DNA from: a virus
Length of the DNA stretch: 64,000 bases
Direction: 5' to 3' (one strand)
IMG/VR virus record: IMGVR_UViG_3300028563_000011
Coordinates: 46,592 to 110,591 of that record
Shown here: in pieces, positions 18,924-28,881 of the stretch
How the letters are laid out: every line of letters starts with the position of its first letter
Position numbering within the stretch: position 1 is the stretch's first letter
Notes under the pieces: model-generated
What the model was told of the DNA's origin: nothing
What the model saw: only the letters and a program-made list of their open reading frames with translations
Database searches by the model: none
Made by a program: the position numbers and the translations under genes

Positions 18924-19163
18924 TCACTCTCTTAGCCTTAAGTTACAACCCAAAACCAATAGCGAAGAATAATTATAAGTCAATTCAGAGTATGGTTTAC
19001 CTATATTTACAATCCACAAATCTGGGAAAATATGTCCTTGTATCTCCCCCTTGAATTCCTGTCCTCTAATCTTAGCAAAGACTTTTTGACCTTCCTCGTA
19101 AGCTACACTCGAAGGGTCCTCAGTTCGGTCAGAGGCGCGTTTTTTAGGTTTGGCTCGGCTCAC
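18924..19163 (-). CDS. Hypothetical protein
   Basis: Small ORF in operon order. Confidence 0.4.
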   Translation of the reverse strand: MSRAKPKKRASDRTEDPSSVAYEEGQKVFAKIRGQEFKGEIQGHIFPDLWIVNIGKPYSELTYNYSSLLVLGCNLRLRE

Positions 19164-19477
19164 CTGCCTGGTCCCCTAAATGACTCCTCAGCGAGCTCTC
19201 CTGGGAGACTACGCCCCTAACCTGCTTGGCAAAGGCTTGTTGCCACTTGAGGTACTTTTCCGAATACAAAGGATCAGTCGGAAGTGTAACAGGAAAGTCG
19301 TGGTCTAGATCCTGTTCTCTCATTATAAGACTTCCTTAGCTCGATCCCAAGCAAAGAGCAATTGGTCCCAAGAAGCAAAAGGACCAACTGCTTTGTTGGT
19401 TTTAGAGCGCACACTCTTATCAGGGTCTTCGCCCCAATACCAACCACTATCTTTTATATACCAAAAATAAAGCTCTT

Positions 19478-21349
19478 TCAAGGCTGTCCTCCTTCTGCAA
19501 CAATCTTAGCTTTGCTACCGTTATTGTCTATAAGCACCCAATGCTTCAAGCTTGGTTTTAGAGTGTCAAAGGTTTGCTCGTTTGTACGTTGGTTAAAAGG
19601 TACCTCAGGAGGTACAAAATAACCAGTTGACATAAATCGAGACATAGCTCTACTTGTAGCGGTTTCAGGTGCTGCGTGAACGTAGTAACCTTTTACATCA
19701 TACCCCGCAGCTTTATACGCAGCAACGCGCTCTTGCGCTTGCTGAGTTACAGCCATTGTAGCGTCATATATTATATTCAAACCAGCACTACGTGCAATAC
19801 GCTCCGCCTGTGCTACTAAATCTCTCGCTTCTGGTAGATAGAGTTCTGCATTAGCGCCATTGTAGCCCGGCATAGATTCTCTAATTGTATCTGCTGATAA
19901 GTAGAAATACTTTGATTTATCGATTCCTTCTAAGGCAGAAGTCTTACCTGAACCTGGGCGACCACCCGTCATAATCAATTCTGGGGCTTTACCAGGGTCT
20001 GGAGTTGCAGCTTGAATAATGTCTTTCCTAAACAAATGCTCCAATAAGTTCTTATGCAAAGCTTGACGTGCTGGAGTATACTGACCATCAGCAGTTGTAT
20101 GCTGTTCTTTTGTTGAAGGGTTAGAAGCAATCAATTCCTTTGCTCGTGCTATTGCCGTTGTTGTATCGCCCGGTATTATTTTCAATACATCATCTAAAGT
20201 AAGTTCTGGCTTTAGATTTTGTCGTAATAAAGCTACAGCAGAACCTTTAGCCGAGTCTGATGTAGCAAAACGTCCTCGCTCATCGTGATGGGGATTGAAT
20301 TTTTCTATAGCAGCTGTAGTGAACCTTCCCAATTTGTCGTGATACGGATTAGCCTTGTTGGTGATTTCTAAATCACCATGACCGTGAGGAATAGGCTTAA
20401 CGTCAGCGTCTTTCGGCTGGTTGGTAAACGACTCCTTTTCTAATTGAGCTTCCTGACCACGACACCAAGCCGACCAAGCATCCCAATCAATATCATTGTC
20501 TTTAGCATAAGCCCGCTCAGTTGGCGTTCCAGCCTCGTTATGGGCCTTCAAGTAAAGTGTCTTCCGCTCTTCTTCGTTAGGCTCACGACCTTCTTTGTCC
20601 TTAAAATCTTGCAACAAAGCATCAATCTTGGTCTTCTCAGCGACCTCATGTTGTAAAAGCATATCAGATACAATAACTTCTTTATCTTTAATTGTAGTCT
20701 TTTCCGGTAAGTTCTTATTCTGATACATTGTCTTGCCATCTTGACTCATGCAAGACATCCAAGGCCCATCATGTTCTAAATCAACCTTAACTCCGCTTGT
20801 ATTAACTTTCTCCATATCTGGAGCATAGAGATCAATTGCTTCTTTTAATTGAGTTAAGATCTCTAAGACAGGATCAAGATCCTTCTTTATCTCAGGCTGT
20901 TTGTTACGCAAAGACTTCAACGCTGCTACAGAACTCTTCAAGATTGTTTTGGTCTGTTCTTTTGGCACACCCATTGTCGTTGACAGATTATGTACAACAT
21001 ATGAAATGTACTCATCAACATCAGGGCCATGAAGAGTATTCCAAGACCCATTCTTTGCGGCGTACCCTACGATGGAAGACAAAGCCAAGGCAACAAGGTC
21101 TTTTACCGACTGTTTTGTCTTTGGATGTTTTGCTACAGAAATTAAGACTTGTCTAGCCGACTTACCATGAATAAATTCAGACGTAGCTTTGAAGCCTACT
21201 TGTAAAAAATTTGAGAAACGCCCCTTAGCGTCATGGTAGGGGTTAGCTTTCTCTATTGGGTTGAAAGCTTTGCTCAAAGCCAAGACACAATACGTCTTAC
21301 CGTTTGACCGGAAAGTATCACCAACTCGTAACTGCGCTAACGAATTCAT
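19478..21349 (-). CDS. Tagged polyprotein: 3 NPxHD tags, helical module, HExxE domain, C-terminal zeta-toxin-like P-loop kinase
   Basis: KANPYHDAKGRF, KANPYHDKLGRF and KFNPHHDERGRF. The C-terminal GGRPGSGKT...LSADTIRE...NIIYDAT...RAMSRF...VLIDN matches the zeta toxin/AAA_33 pattern. Confidence 0.75.
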   Translation of the reverse strand: MNSLAQLRVGDTFRSNGKTYCVLALSKAFNPIEKANPYHDAKGRFSNFLQVGFKATSEFIHGKSARQVLISVAKHPKTKQSVKDLVALALSSIVGYAAKNGSWNTLHGPDVDEYISYVVHNLSTTMGVPKEQTKTILKSSVAALKSLRNKQPEIKKDLDPVLEILTQLKEAIDLYAPDMEKVNTSGVKVDLEHDGPWMSCMSQDGKTMYQNKNLPEKTTIKDKEVIVSDMLLQHEVAEKTKIDALLQDFKDKEGREPNEEERKTLYLKAHNEAGTPTERAYAKDNDIDWDAWSAWCRGQEAQLEKESFTNQPKDADVKPIPHGHGDLEITNKANPYHDKLGRFTTAAIEKFNPHHDERGRFATSDSAKGSAVALLRQNLKPELTLDDVLKIIPGDTTTAIARAKELIASNPSTKEQHTTADGQYTPARQALHKNLLEHLFRKDIIQAATPDPGKAPELIMTGGRPGSGKTSALEGIDKSKYFYLSADTIRESMPGYNGANAELYLPEARDLVAQAERIARSAGLNIIYDATMAVTQQAQERVAAYKAAGYDVKGYYVHAAPETATSRAMSRFMSTGYFVPPEVPFNQRTNEQTFDTLKPSLKHWVLIDNNGSKAKIVAEGGQP

Positions 21350-24300
21350 TCGAGTATCTCTTGAGCGATGATCTCTAAACCTTCACCATCCTCAATAAAA
21401 CGTGTGATCTTAGCTATTGTTTCTTGAGGTAAGGCTTGTTCATCATTTTCACGCTGATCCATATCGTCAAGCATTCCAATTAAGTAATCTAAAATAGCAA
21501 CAACAGGATCGGACGCATCGACTTGAACTTTCTCTATCTGACCCTTACGATAAGCCTTTAAGAGATTTAGGAAAACCTTGACCGTAGCTCGCGCTTGACC
21601 AATTGTGATATCTCTTTGCTGAGCCTCTCCCAATACCGTACGCTCAATTAGGGAATTGACTTGCCTTTGAATAGGAGCAGAGAAAGGCACACCTTGGTCT
21701 TTTGTTGCTTGGTTTAACAGATGAGAAGCAAGTTGTGCAACTCCCTCACGACCCAATACTGAAGCGTGATCTTTCAAGACTTCAGCTGAAGAACTTGTTC
21801 TAAACCATTTGGCAACCTCAAAGGCTCTATCCACAAGGCTCAATCCAGCTACAGCTGCTGTTACGCTTAGAGCATGCTTCAGTGTCAAAGAACGTGTGGC
21901 CGCCTTTTGGGCGTACTCTTGATCCATAGCCAACGTTGCGGCATGTCTAGACGCAGTGATAGGACGGCGGGCACCAGCAACATCTGTAAAGCGTCCTCTT
22001 CCGTCATGGTAGGGATTAGCTTTCTCAACAGAACCCTGCTTTTTAGGAATTAAAACCATAAATAAAGTCACAGAATCAGACAGCCCTTTTTCTATACGCT
22101 CATTGAAAACTTTTGTTGTAGGCTCTTTAGCAATACCAACAATCCACTCTGGCTTAACTTCTCCTTTAAATTTGAAGTCTGAATTCTTCCCAGTAAAACC
22201 CTCAGTAACATCTGCACTAGCTCGCTTATCAAATTCCTCTTTTGGTATCTTTATTTCCAAAATTACAGGTTCTGACTTATTGATTTCAGCAGCTAAATCT
22301 GCAAACCCTGCTGCTTGTTCCCAGTCAAAAGACACGTAAACATAACCTTTAGTATCCCTTATTAGCTCCTGCTTCTCAGCCTTAGACATCCCTTTCATAA
22401 TAAAACGATCAGCACCTTTTCCTCCTTGAGGTTTTAATCCCTCTCGCATAATTTGACTTAGTGTCTTTTCATTAGTCCCATGAAAAACAGTAGTAGCCCA
22501 TTTCCCAGACTTATCCCGGGGTTCATCTGGGTTGAAGGCTTTAGATAAGTCTTCATCAGACCCCATATTGTCAAGGTCTTCTTGCAATGCCTGAAGTATT
22601 TCCAAGATTGGGTCAGTTTCATCAGCTTTCTTAATCTCAGACTCACGCAACTTTTGGAATACCTGTATAGCTAAATGCAAAGCTGCACGAGCATGTGCTA
22701 ATGTAACATAATCCAAAGCACCAGGCTTGGGCTGACCTTCAGGAGTACTCCTACTAAAGTGATGGACAGTAGAATAGATAAAATTCCTCACATCTTGATG
22801 TAAGCCTGGGTCTTGGCTACCTAACTTATGTTCAATTGCTGTACCAGCAATAAAAGTCAAGATATGCCCAATTGCTTCCTTTGCTATAAATAAAGATTCA
22901 TTCTTAACTGTTTGTTTAACAGGTTCTGACGATAACCATTCTTTTGTACGTAATACCTTACCTTTCAACCCAGGAACATTTGCAAAGGCTGAAGGCTGAG
23001 GTGGGGTTTCCTGAGGGTGTTCATGTATTCCAGGAGAGCTTGACGCACTACCGAAACCAGCTGTAAACCGACCGTGACTATCTCTAGGTTTATACCCACG
23101 ATTGGCTTTAGTGAATTCCTCGTCCCAACTCTCAACATCATCAAGGTCAAAGAACTTCTTGACGTTCTTTGGGTTTGTAACATTCTGATTCCCAGCTGAA
23201 CCTTTACCCCCAGACTTTGCTGGAGGCTGAGAACCGTTAACTGAAGGTTGGGTTCCACCGTTACCACCAGGTTGACCTCCACCCCCGCCAGGTTGTCCCG
23301 GGGTTTGGCCAGCAAACTTAGCTCTAGCTGTTGCTTCAGCCATCTTTACTGGGTCTACTGGCTTGCCATCTGGACCAAACTTCATTCCAGCCTTAGCTTG
23401 TTGCTGCTGCTGATACATATCCATATCAGGCTCAGGCTGACGCTCAATACCCAACAAATCACGTACATCATCAATCGCTGGATCATCGGGACGTAAGACA
23501 GCACCAGCTGTAGCCATTTGCGCTAATGAAGCTGTAATCTCTTGAACAGTACGGAAAGCCAACTCAGAGTGCTTTAACTTAGGACGTAATTCATCTTTAA
23601 TACCATTCAAGTCACAAAGAGGTTCAATAACATCCTTATTACAAGCATCAGTAATTTCATCCAGGGTACCATTAACAACAAGATAGAAATTCTGAGACTT
23701 GTCGGATGCTAGAGCTCTAGAACCACCACCTTTGTCTCCAAGCAATAAGTTCTCAACGCCAAGAATACGCGCCATTTCTAGAATAGTACGATCAATAGCT
23801 TGACCAATTTCAGCAAAGCCAACTGAACCACCTTGCAGGAGTTCCACACCAAACTGCATTGCACTTGAAACTGAAGGACCAGAATCAGTCTCAACAATGT
23901 ACGGGGCTGAGTCCATAACGATTGAAGTATCGTTAGACTTGGATTGCATCTTAACGAAGTCTTCAACAGCTTGAGTAATTCCAGTAGCATCTTCTTTGGT
24001 TAATTGACCCGCTTGTACAGCTTTACGTATTGCAGTGTAAGGCACCCGTCCAATGGGGATACCACGTAAGTCACGTTCAAAGCCTCGACCTTCTAGCTCG
24101 AAATATTTCTTCAAGCGTTCCCAAGGCTCGATAAGATGACGATACAAACCAATTCCTTCTGGGGAATCAGTTAAAGTATCGTCTACCATGTACATAACTT
24201 TGGAGCGTGGGATATAAAGCAAAGCCCCACCTATAGGAGCACGTTGCCACACTCCAACCACAGAACCGTTATCGTCAAGTTCCCAACGCTCAATTGTATG

Positions 24301-24816
24301 CTGAGGCCGAGCTTCAATATCATCAAAGCCCACTTTGCCATCATCGCGTTTCTTAGCTGTCCATTCCTGGATACCAAAACCGTGGAAACGGTACATAGCA
24401 GAACGGCGTACAATTCTACGCCAAGGTGTAGCTGTGTCTTGAATCACATCCTCAAATAATTCTGCAATTTGTTTGGCTGCAGGAGAATCATCTGCTGGCT
24501 CAACTTTCCATTTAGCATAAGAGATCAAGTTCAACATGTAGCGCGTACCAGCAGCTACAATGGAAGTGTTAACCATAAGGTCAGTAAAGGTAATCCACTT
24601 TTGTGGGCCAACAAGCCGAGCATCGCGCTCACGTTGTAGAATTAAACCGCCATAAACGGCGGTTCCTGACACTCCTTGTTCGGAGAAGGGAGTAGCCTTA
24701 GGTAACGGCCCGGTTCTAAACAAATTAGTAATTCTAGAACCAAAACCAGCAAGACGTGCTCCATAAGGAACTTTAGCCACAGGCTCTCTCCTCTTTTTTA
24801 GAGCCAAAGTGGCCAT
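21346..24816 (-). CDS. Portal protein (DUF935-like) with ~690 aa C-terminal extension containing tags and an ART-like domain
   Basis: N-terminal ~460 aa has portal features (HGFGIQEW, SPEGIGLYR, FERDLRGIP, GSRALASDKS, DDVRDLLG) and follows terL. A Q/P/G-rich linker and tagged modules follow. Confidence 0.85.
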   Translation of the reverse strand: MATLALKKRREPVAKVPYGARLAGFGSRITNLFRTGPLPKATPFSEQGVSGTAVYGGLILQRERDARLVGPQKWITFTDLMVNTSIVAAGTRYMLNLISYAKWKVEPADDSPAAKQIAELFEDVIQDTATPWRRIVRRSAMYRFHGFGIQEWTAKKRDDGKVGFDDIEARPQHTIERWELDDNGSVVGVWQRAPIGGALLYIPRSKVMYMVDDTLTDSPEGIGLYRHLIEPWERLKKYFELEGRGFERDLRGIPIGRVPYTAIRKAVQAGQLTKEDATGITQAVEDFVKMQSKSNDTSIVMDSAPYIVETDSGPSVSSAMQFGVELLQGGSVGFAEIGQAIDRTILEMARILGVENLLLGDKGGGSRALASDKSQNFYLVVNGTLDEITDACNKDVIEPLCDLNGIKDELRPKLKHSELAFRTVQEITASLAQMATAGAVLRPDDPAIDDVRDLLGIERQPEPDMDMYQQQQQAKAGMKFGPDGKPVDPVKMAEATARAKFAGQTPGQPGGGGGQPGGNGGTQPSVNGSQPPAKSGGKGSAGNQNVTNPKNVKKFFDLDDVESWDEEFTKANRGYKPRDSHGRFTAGFGSASSSPGIHEHPQETPPQPSAFANVPGLKGKVLRTKEWLSSEPVKQTVKNESLFIAKEAIGHILTFIAGTAIEHKLGSQDPGLHQDVRNFIYSTVHHFSRSTPEGQPKPGALDYVTLAHARAALHLAIQVFQKLRESEIKKADETDPILEILQALQEDLDNMGSDEDLSKAFNPDEPRDKSGKWATTVFHGTNEKTLSQIMREGLKPQGGKGADRFIMKGMSKAEKQELIRDTKGYVYVSFDWEQAAGFADLAAEINKSEPVILEIKIPKEEFDKRASADVTEGFTGKNSDFKFKGEVKPEWIVGIAKEPTTKVFNERIEKGLSDSVTLFMVLIPKKQGSVEKANPYHDGRGRFTDVAGARRPITASRHAATLAMDQEYAQKAATRSLTLKHALSVTAAVAGLSLVDRAFEVAKWFRTSSSAEVLKDHASVLGREGVAQLASHLLNQATKDQGVPFSAPIQRQVNSLIERTVLGEAQQRDITIGQARATVKVFLNLLKAYRKGQIEKVQVDASDPVVAILDYLIGMLDDMDQRENDEQALPQETIAKITRFIEDGEGLEIIAQEILE

Positions 24817-25579
24817 CCGGCCCCCTACGTGAGGCTAATAATTCCCGCATTGCTTGGGTCTTGTTATGTATATTTAAGTGGGCAACTAACTTTGCTTTAT
24901 GCTCCAAAGATTTAGGCTTGTTTTTAAGCTTGTTTGCGTATTTATTCCCAATATGTATATCAGTACATATTCGTTTGTAGTTATTTCTTTCTTCAACAGA
25001 AAGACTAGCTCTAAATCTTTTTAGCCCCATACTAATATTTGTCTTATGTTCTTCTGAAAGTTTACGTCCTTTTGTACGCGTATTCCCCACCAAGGAATCT
25101 GAAATTGCCTTACGCCAATTTACCAATTCTTCTTTAGTCTTATTAGACTTCGCTAATCTGAGTGCGGTCTTATGAGCATCACTCAACTTTCTACCTTTAG
25201 TATAACCCCCATTTTGTTGATTATATCTATTTCTCTCTGAGAATTTTTGTTTTGCTTCTTCAGAATGCTTAAACCCAGTAACAGATTTATCTCCACCATT
25301 CGTCAAATTACAAAGAGTGCCTGTACCTAGATTTATTCTACCGTATTTCTTTACTAATTCCCGCTCTAGTGCCAAAGCTTGAGTCTCAGTTAGTAATGTC
25401 TTCACCATCCTTACTTCAATTGATAAACCCAAATTTTTTAGTTTGGCTACTATTCGCTTATGTAAATTACTTCTACCTCCAAAGTTGGAGGCCCGGCTAC
25501 CCTTGCCTTTACCCACGTAAAAAACTTGTCCGGTATCTGGTCGAACATGCTCATACACATAAAAGTATAATGGTTCCAT
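24773..25579 (-). mobile_element. Free-standing GIY-YIG homing endonuclease with NUMOD3-like repeats
   Basis: FYVYEH...FYVGKG...R, catalytic E (LALERELV), NLTNGG, and HSEE/LSEEHK repeats. Confidence 0.85.
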
Positions 25580-25585
25580 CTCCTT

Positions 25586-25690
25586 TTAATCCCCCCTTTC
25601 CCTAAAAGGCGTTGCTTTGGGCAACGGCCCAATGCGAAATAGGTTATAGATACGGGTTCCTAGAGCGTTTAAGGCGTTAGGCGTTGCCAT
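25586..25690 (-). pseudogene. Truncated duplicate of portal N-terminus (34 codons)
   Basis: Manual translation MATPNALNALGTRIYNLFRIGPLPKATPFRERGD* versus portal FGSRITNLFRTGPLPKATPFSEQG. Confidence 0.8.
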
Positions 25691-25706
25691 TTCAAACTAT
25701 ACCTTT

Positions 25707-26090
25707 TTAGGTCTTAGCTCCAGGAGCGTAACAACGTATGTAAAGCTCACCAGTTCCGTCAGAGCCCCCCCACCAAACCGCAGGTAACCCCCATTTATTA
25801 CTGGAATTTATTATAGCTCCATCAGGAACAGGCACCCATTGTCCCTTTGTTTCTTCACTACGTATCCAATAATGACCATTCCGAATGTCTTCCTCAACAA
25901 AGCGCCCATCAGCTACATCACAACACCGCTCACGACTACCAGGTATACGTTGGTCATGAAACCACTGATCCATTTCAGGGTCCCCAGAACTTACCCAGTG
26001 TCCCGGGCGGGAATGAACAACCAGACTCCCTAAAATAACCCCTAACCAAGCTATTACAGCGATGTAAGCAACAATACGTAAGATCTTCAT
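25707..26090 (-). CDS. Secreted or membrane-anchored Cys-containing protein
   Basis: Start reassigned to MKILR. N-terminal TM/signal, then WF...CCDVADG...WVPVP...IRCYAPG. Confidence 0.55.
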   Translation of the reverse strand: MKILRIVAYIAVIAWLGVILGSLVVHSRPGHWVSSGDPEMDQWFHDQRIPGSRERCCDVADGRFVEEDIRNGHYWIRSEETKGQWVPVPDGAIINSSNKWGLPAVWWGGSDGTGELYIRCYAPGAKT

Positions 26091-26100
26091 TGAGCATTCC

Positions 26101-26322
26101 TTATATTGAAGTACCACTTTTGATTTCTTTACACTCAAGCTTTGCGTCTTTGAACGTAACAGTTGATCCAAAGATTGTCTTTATCAATTTGTTCACATCG
26201 CTCTCTAACTCTCGCTTCTGACTTTGACACATCTCTAAAGTATCATAGCCAGTCTTTGAAGACACCAAAGCATGAACTGAGTGTGGAGTAAGCATCATAA
26301 ACTGCAAGATTATAAACCACAT
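26101..26322 (-). CDS. Small hypothetical protein with N-terminal hydrophobic segment
   Basis: ORF in operon order. Confidence 0.45.
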   Translation of the reverse strand: MWFIILQFMMLTPHSVHALVSSKTGYDTLEMCQSQKRELESDVNKLIKTIFGSTVTFKDAKLECKEIKSGTSI

Positions 26323-26323
26323 C

Positions 26324-26818
26324 TTAGGGTTGTCCTTGTTTGACTTTGTCTTTGGGGGCTCTTACCGTAAACTTGATGTCTGGCCGGTTTACACAAACCG
26401 GCCAAGCGTATTGCAACATATTACAAGCAAAGCAAGCACTACTCCGATACGTTGCTAACCCAGGAGCAGTGCTGGGATGAAGAGTAAACACACGATTGAG
26501 TTGGTTAGGATCACCTTTAGCAGATTCTCTCCCATACACTGAAGGAAAGTAATCATAACTCCAAATAGCACCAGTCTTATCCACAATTTCTCGTGTAACA
26601 TTTCTCGGAGAAGAAGGATTACATACACGTATTGTTTGGATATCCCAAGAAATTTCAATCTCATCTCCTGGGTAAGGCTCTTCAGGAATAACCCTACCAT
26701 CCTTCCTTATGTAGGGCGGCTCCCGGTCAATTAACATGTAAACAAAAGGACCCATAAAAAGTATGGCGACAAGAGCGGGGATTAAATTACTTACAACGCG
26801 TTTCATAGACTCTCTCAT
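26324..26818 (-). CDS. Membrane-anchored hypothetical protein
   Basis: Single N-terminal TM and a Cys-containing soluble domain. Confidence 0.5.
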   Translation of the reverse strand: MRESMKRVVSNLIPALVAILFMGPFVYMLIDREPPYIRKDGRVIPEEPYPGDEIEISWDIQTIRVCNPSSPRNVTREIVDKTGAIWSYDYFPSVYGRESAKGDPNQLNRVFTLHPSTAPGLATYRSSACFACNMLQYAWPVCVNRPDIKFTVRAPKDKVKQGQP

Positions 26819-27045
26819 TTTGCGAGACCCCTCACAACTTTTACAAGAAAGTCATAACTTGAAATAACTGCGACTGAAATCCCTCCAAGCCAAAGTACCC
26901 AACGCCTGAACATAGCCCAAAACCAAGAAGCCTTATCGTCAGCGTCCAGTAACCTACGTACACGAGCAAGTTCTTCTGGAGCTAACGGTTCTCTGGAGTA
27001 CGTTTTTACGTAGAGGTCTTTACTTGCTTCGTCAGTCATGCCCAC
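26815..27045 (-). CDS. Small membrane protein (holin-like candidate)
   Basis: One C-terminal TM helix; function inferred only. Confidence 0.35.
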   Translation of the reverse strand: MGMTDEASKDLYVKTYSREPLAPEELARVRRLLDADDKASWFWAMFRRWVLWLGGISVAVISSYDFLVKVVRGLAK

Positions 27046-27066
27046 ACCCCTTCAGTCTTTTGATAA

Positions 27067-28881
27067 TCACTTATCCGGGTGTTTAGAATCATACACCTCC
27101 CCGTCCTTGAAGACTTTAGGACCCATTCCAAGCATGAACGTAGGTTGGACTACCGGCCAGTAATTCATAACAATTGAATCTGCCAGGTTAGGTGATACCG
27201 TACCATCTGGTGATTTGTCAACTAAAAGTTTTAACCTAGAGTTCTTAGACGCAGTAGCTTGTGACAACTCTTTCTCAATCTTACGTAAAAGAGGTAGCTT
27301 AGAGTCAAGTGAGATTAACGTGTCTGGATCGTGTTTAACACCTTGTGTAACAACTTGATATGTACGAAGGAAACGGTTGCGCAATTCCCACCAAGCTTGT
27401 GCTTTTAGGTTGGCATAGAAATCTTTGTTCTTAGGTGAGTCTAGGTCACCTTCATTGACTCTTGCATTAGGGTATAACACAGATGAACCAGCATTCCATG
27501 CAATAAACTGTAATCCTTTTGGTATAATTAGCTTACCTTCACTATCTTTTTCTTCCATTAAGCGATTTGTCTCAGCTTTAACAGCGGCACCAACTCCAAT
27601 ACAATCGTACTGAAGGGATAAGGCTCCTAAACCTAAGACAGCTGCTACAGCACGTCTAGCTGTTACGCCGGGGTCTCTAGCACCCCACTCTTCCGCAAAG
27701 CGTAGGACTACCCCCTGGCGCTTAGATAGGGCATTACGGTCACCACCTTCATCAGCTACGTCTAAAGCTGCACCCCAGGGCCCACCTTCGTGCCAACCTT
27801 CAAGAGAAGTTACATTGGCATGTAAGTGAGCGTCAATTGACGCTTTCACCCACTCATTAGGTATAATGACACCAGCTAATGCTGCAGTATAGTTACGATC
27901 TACTTCTTGAGCTAAAAGATGTAGTGTACCTTTGTCTTCTGCGTTTCTTCTACGTTCAGCGTACCACTCTTCTGTTTTATCAGGGTGATCCCTCCAATCC
28001 ATAACAAGAACACGTGTTTTGCCTCTCGGTATTACAGCACCAGGGTACCAATCAATACCACCCTCACGAGTTCTATGGAATAAGTTACCAGGCCCATTAA
28101 CAGAAGACATATCAATTGGGACACGAGTAGTATCCCCTAAAGACGCTTCAATCAACTCTGGATGCTCGTAATGGCTACTCTCATCTTTCATGTAGAGAAG
28201 TGTGCGCCCACCTCTACCAATATTATCCCCAATTTCTCCTTTTATAACTGATCCGTTTGAAGGGTTAATACAACGCATAAAGGTAAGATGATCACGCGGT
28301 TCTAATCCTTGAGGTAAAAACACTTCTGGTAAACCGCGAATCATCATCCTAATCTTTTCAAAGATTGAGTCGGGATCACCCAGCTTATCCACTTTTGGTT
28401 GGGTAGCTGAGCCCCAACCAATTTGAGAGCTAGGCCAAAATAACCAAAGCCAAACTGAGAAAGCAACTCCAATCCAAGTTGCTCCCATATCTCTCGACTT
28501 TTCAATTAAGCCCGGTTGCTCATCTTTCAAACAAGAAAGAAGGAACTGTAACATTTCTACTTGCTTAGGAAACATAATAAATGGAAATCGAGTAAGCTTA
28601 CCTTCTTTACCAACATTACGTGGCTCATATAAATCAACCCAATGATTAATCCACTCTAATGAGTGTTCCTTGTAGTAAGCTTTAGCTGATTCGATAAGTT
28701 CAGGTCTAAACTCAAACTTATCCAACTGGTTTTTACGCCAAACTAAAACGCTGTCGTAATTAGGCGGCCAGTTTTCTCTTGAACAAGGCTGTGGTGGTTT
28801 AAGTTTAGTCGCACTTGCTCTTAACAGACGTTCAACACGTACTGTACGTAAAGCCTCAGATACGTCTATTAAGCCAGACAC
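27067..28881 (-). CDS. terL: Terminase large subunit
   Basis: Walker A EKSRDMGATW, Walker B MKDESSH, coupling motif SSVNG, nuclease LDVADEGGD, and SPNLADS. Confidence 0.93.
   Translation of the reverse strand: MSGLIDVSEALRTVRVERLLRASATKLKPPQPCSRENWPPNYDSVLVWRKNQLDKFEFRPELIESAKAYYKEHSLEWINHWVDLYEPRNVGKEGKLTRFPFIMFPKQVEMLQFLLSCLKDEQPGLIEKSRDMGATWIGVAFSVWLWLFWPSSQIGWGSATQPKVDKLGDPDSIFEKIRMMIRGLPEVFLPQGLEPRDHLTFMRCINPSNGSVIKGEIGDNIGRGGRTLLYMKDESSHYEHPELIEASLGDTTRVPIDMSSVNGPGNLFHRTREGGIDWYPGAVIPRGKTRVLVMDWRDHPDKTEEWYAERRRNAEDKGTLHLLAQEVDRNYTAALAGVIIPNEWVKASIDAHLHANVTSLEGWHEGGPWGAALDVADEGGDRNALSKRQGVVLRFAEEWGARDPGVTARRAVAAVLGLGALSLQYDCIGVGAAVKAETNRLMEEKDSEGKLIIPKGLQFIAWNAGSSVLYPNARVNEGDLDSPKNKDFYANLKAQAWWELRNRFLRTYQVVTQGVKHDPDTLISLDSKLPLLRKIEKELSQATASKNSRLKLLVDKSPDGTVSPNLADSIVMNYWPVVQPTFMLGMGPKVFKDGEVYDSKHPDK

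Noticed and set aside
24773-25690. Group I intron in the portal gene
   Set aside because: Only 6 nt separate the mini-ORF stop from the endonuclease start, the endonuclease overlaps the portal start, and the N-terminus is duplicated rather than split. There is no room for a ribozyme core.
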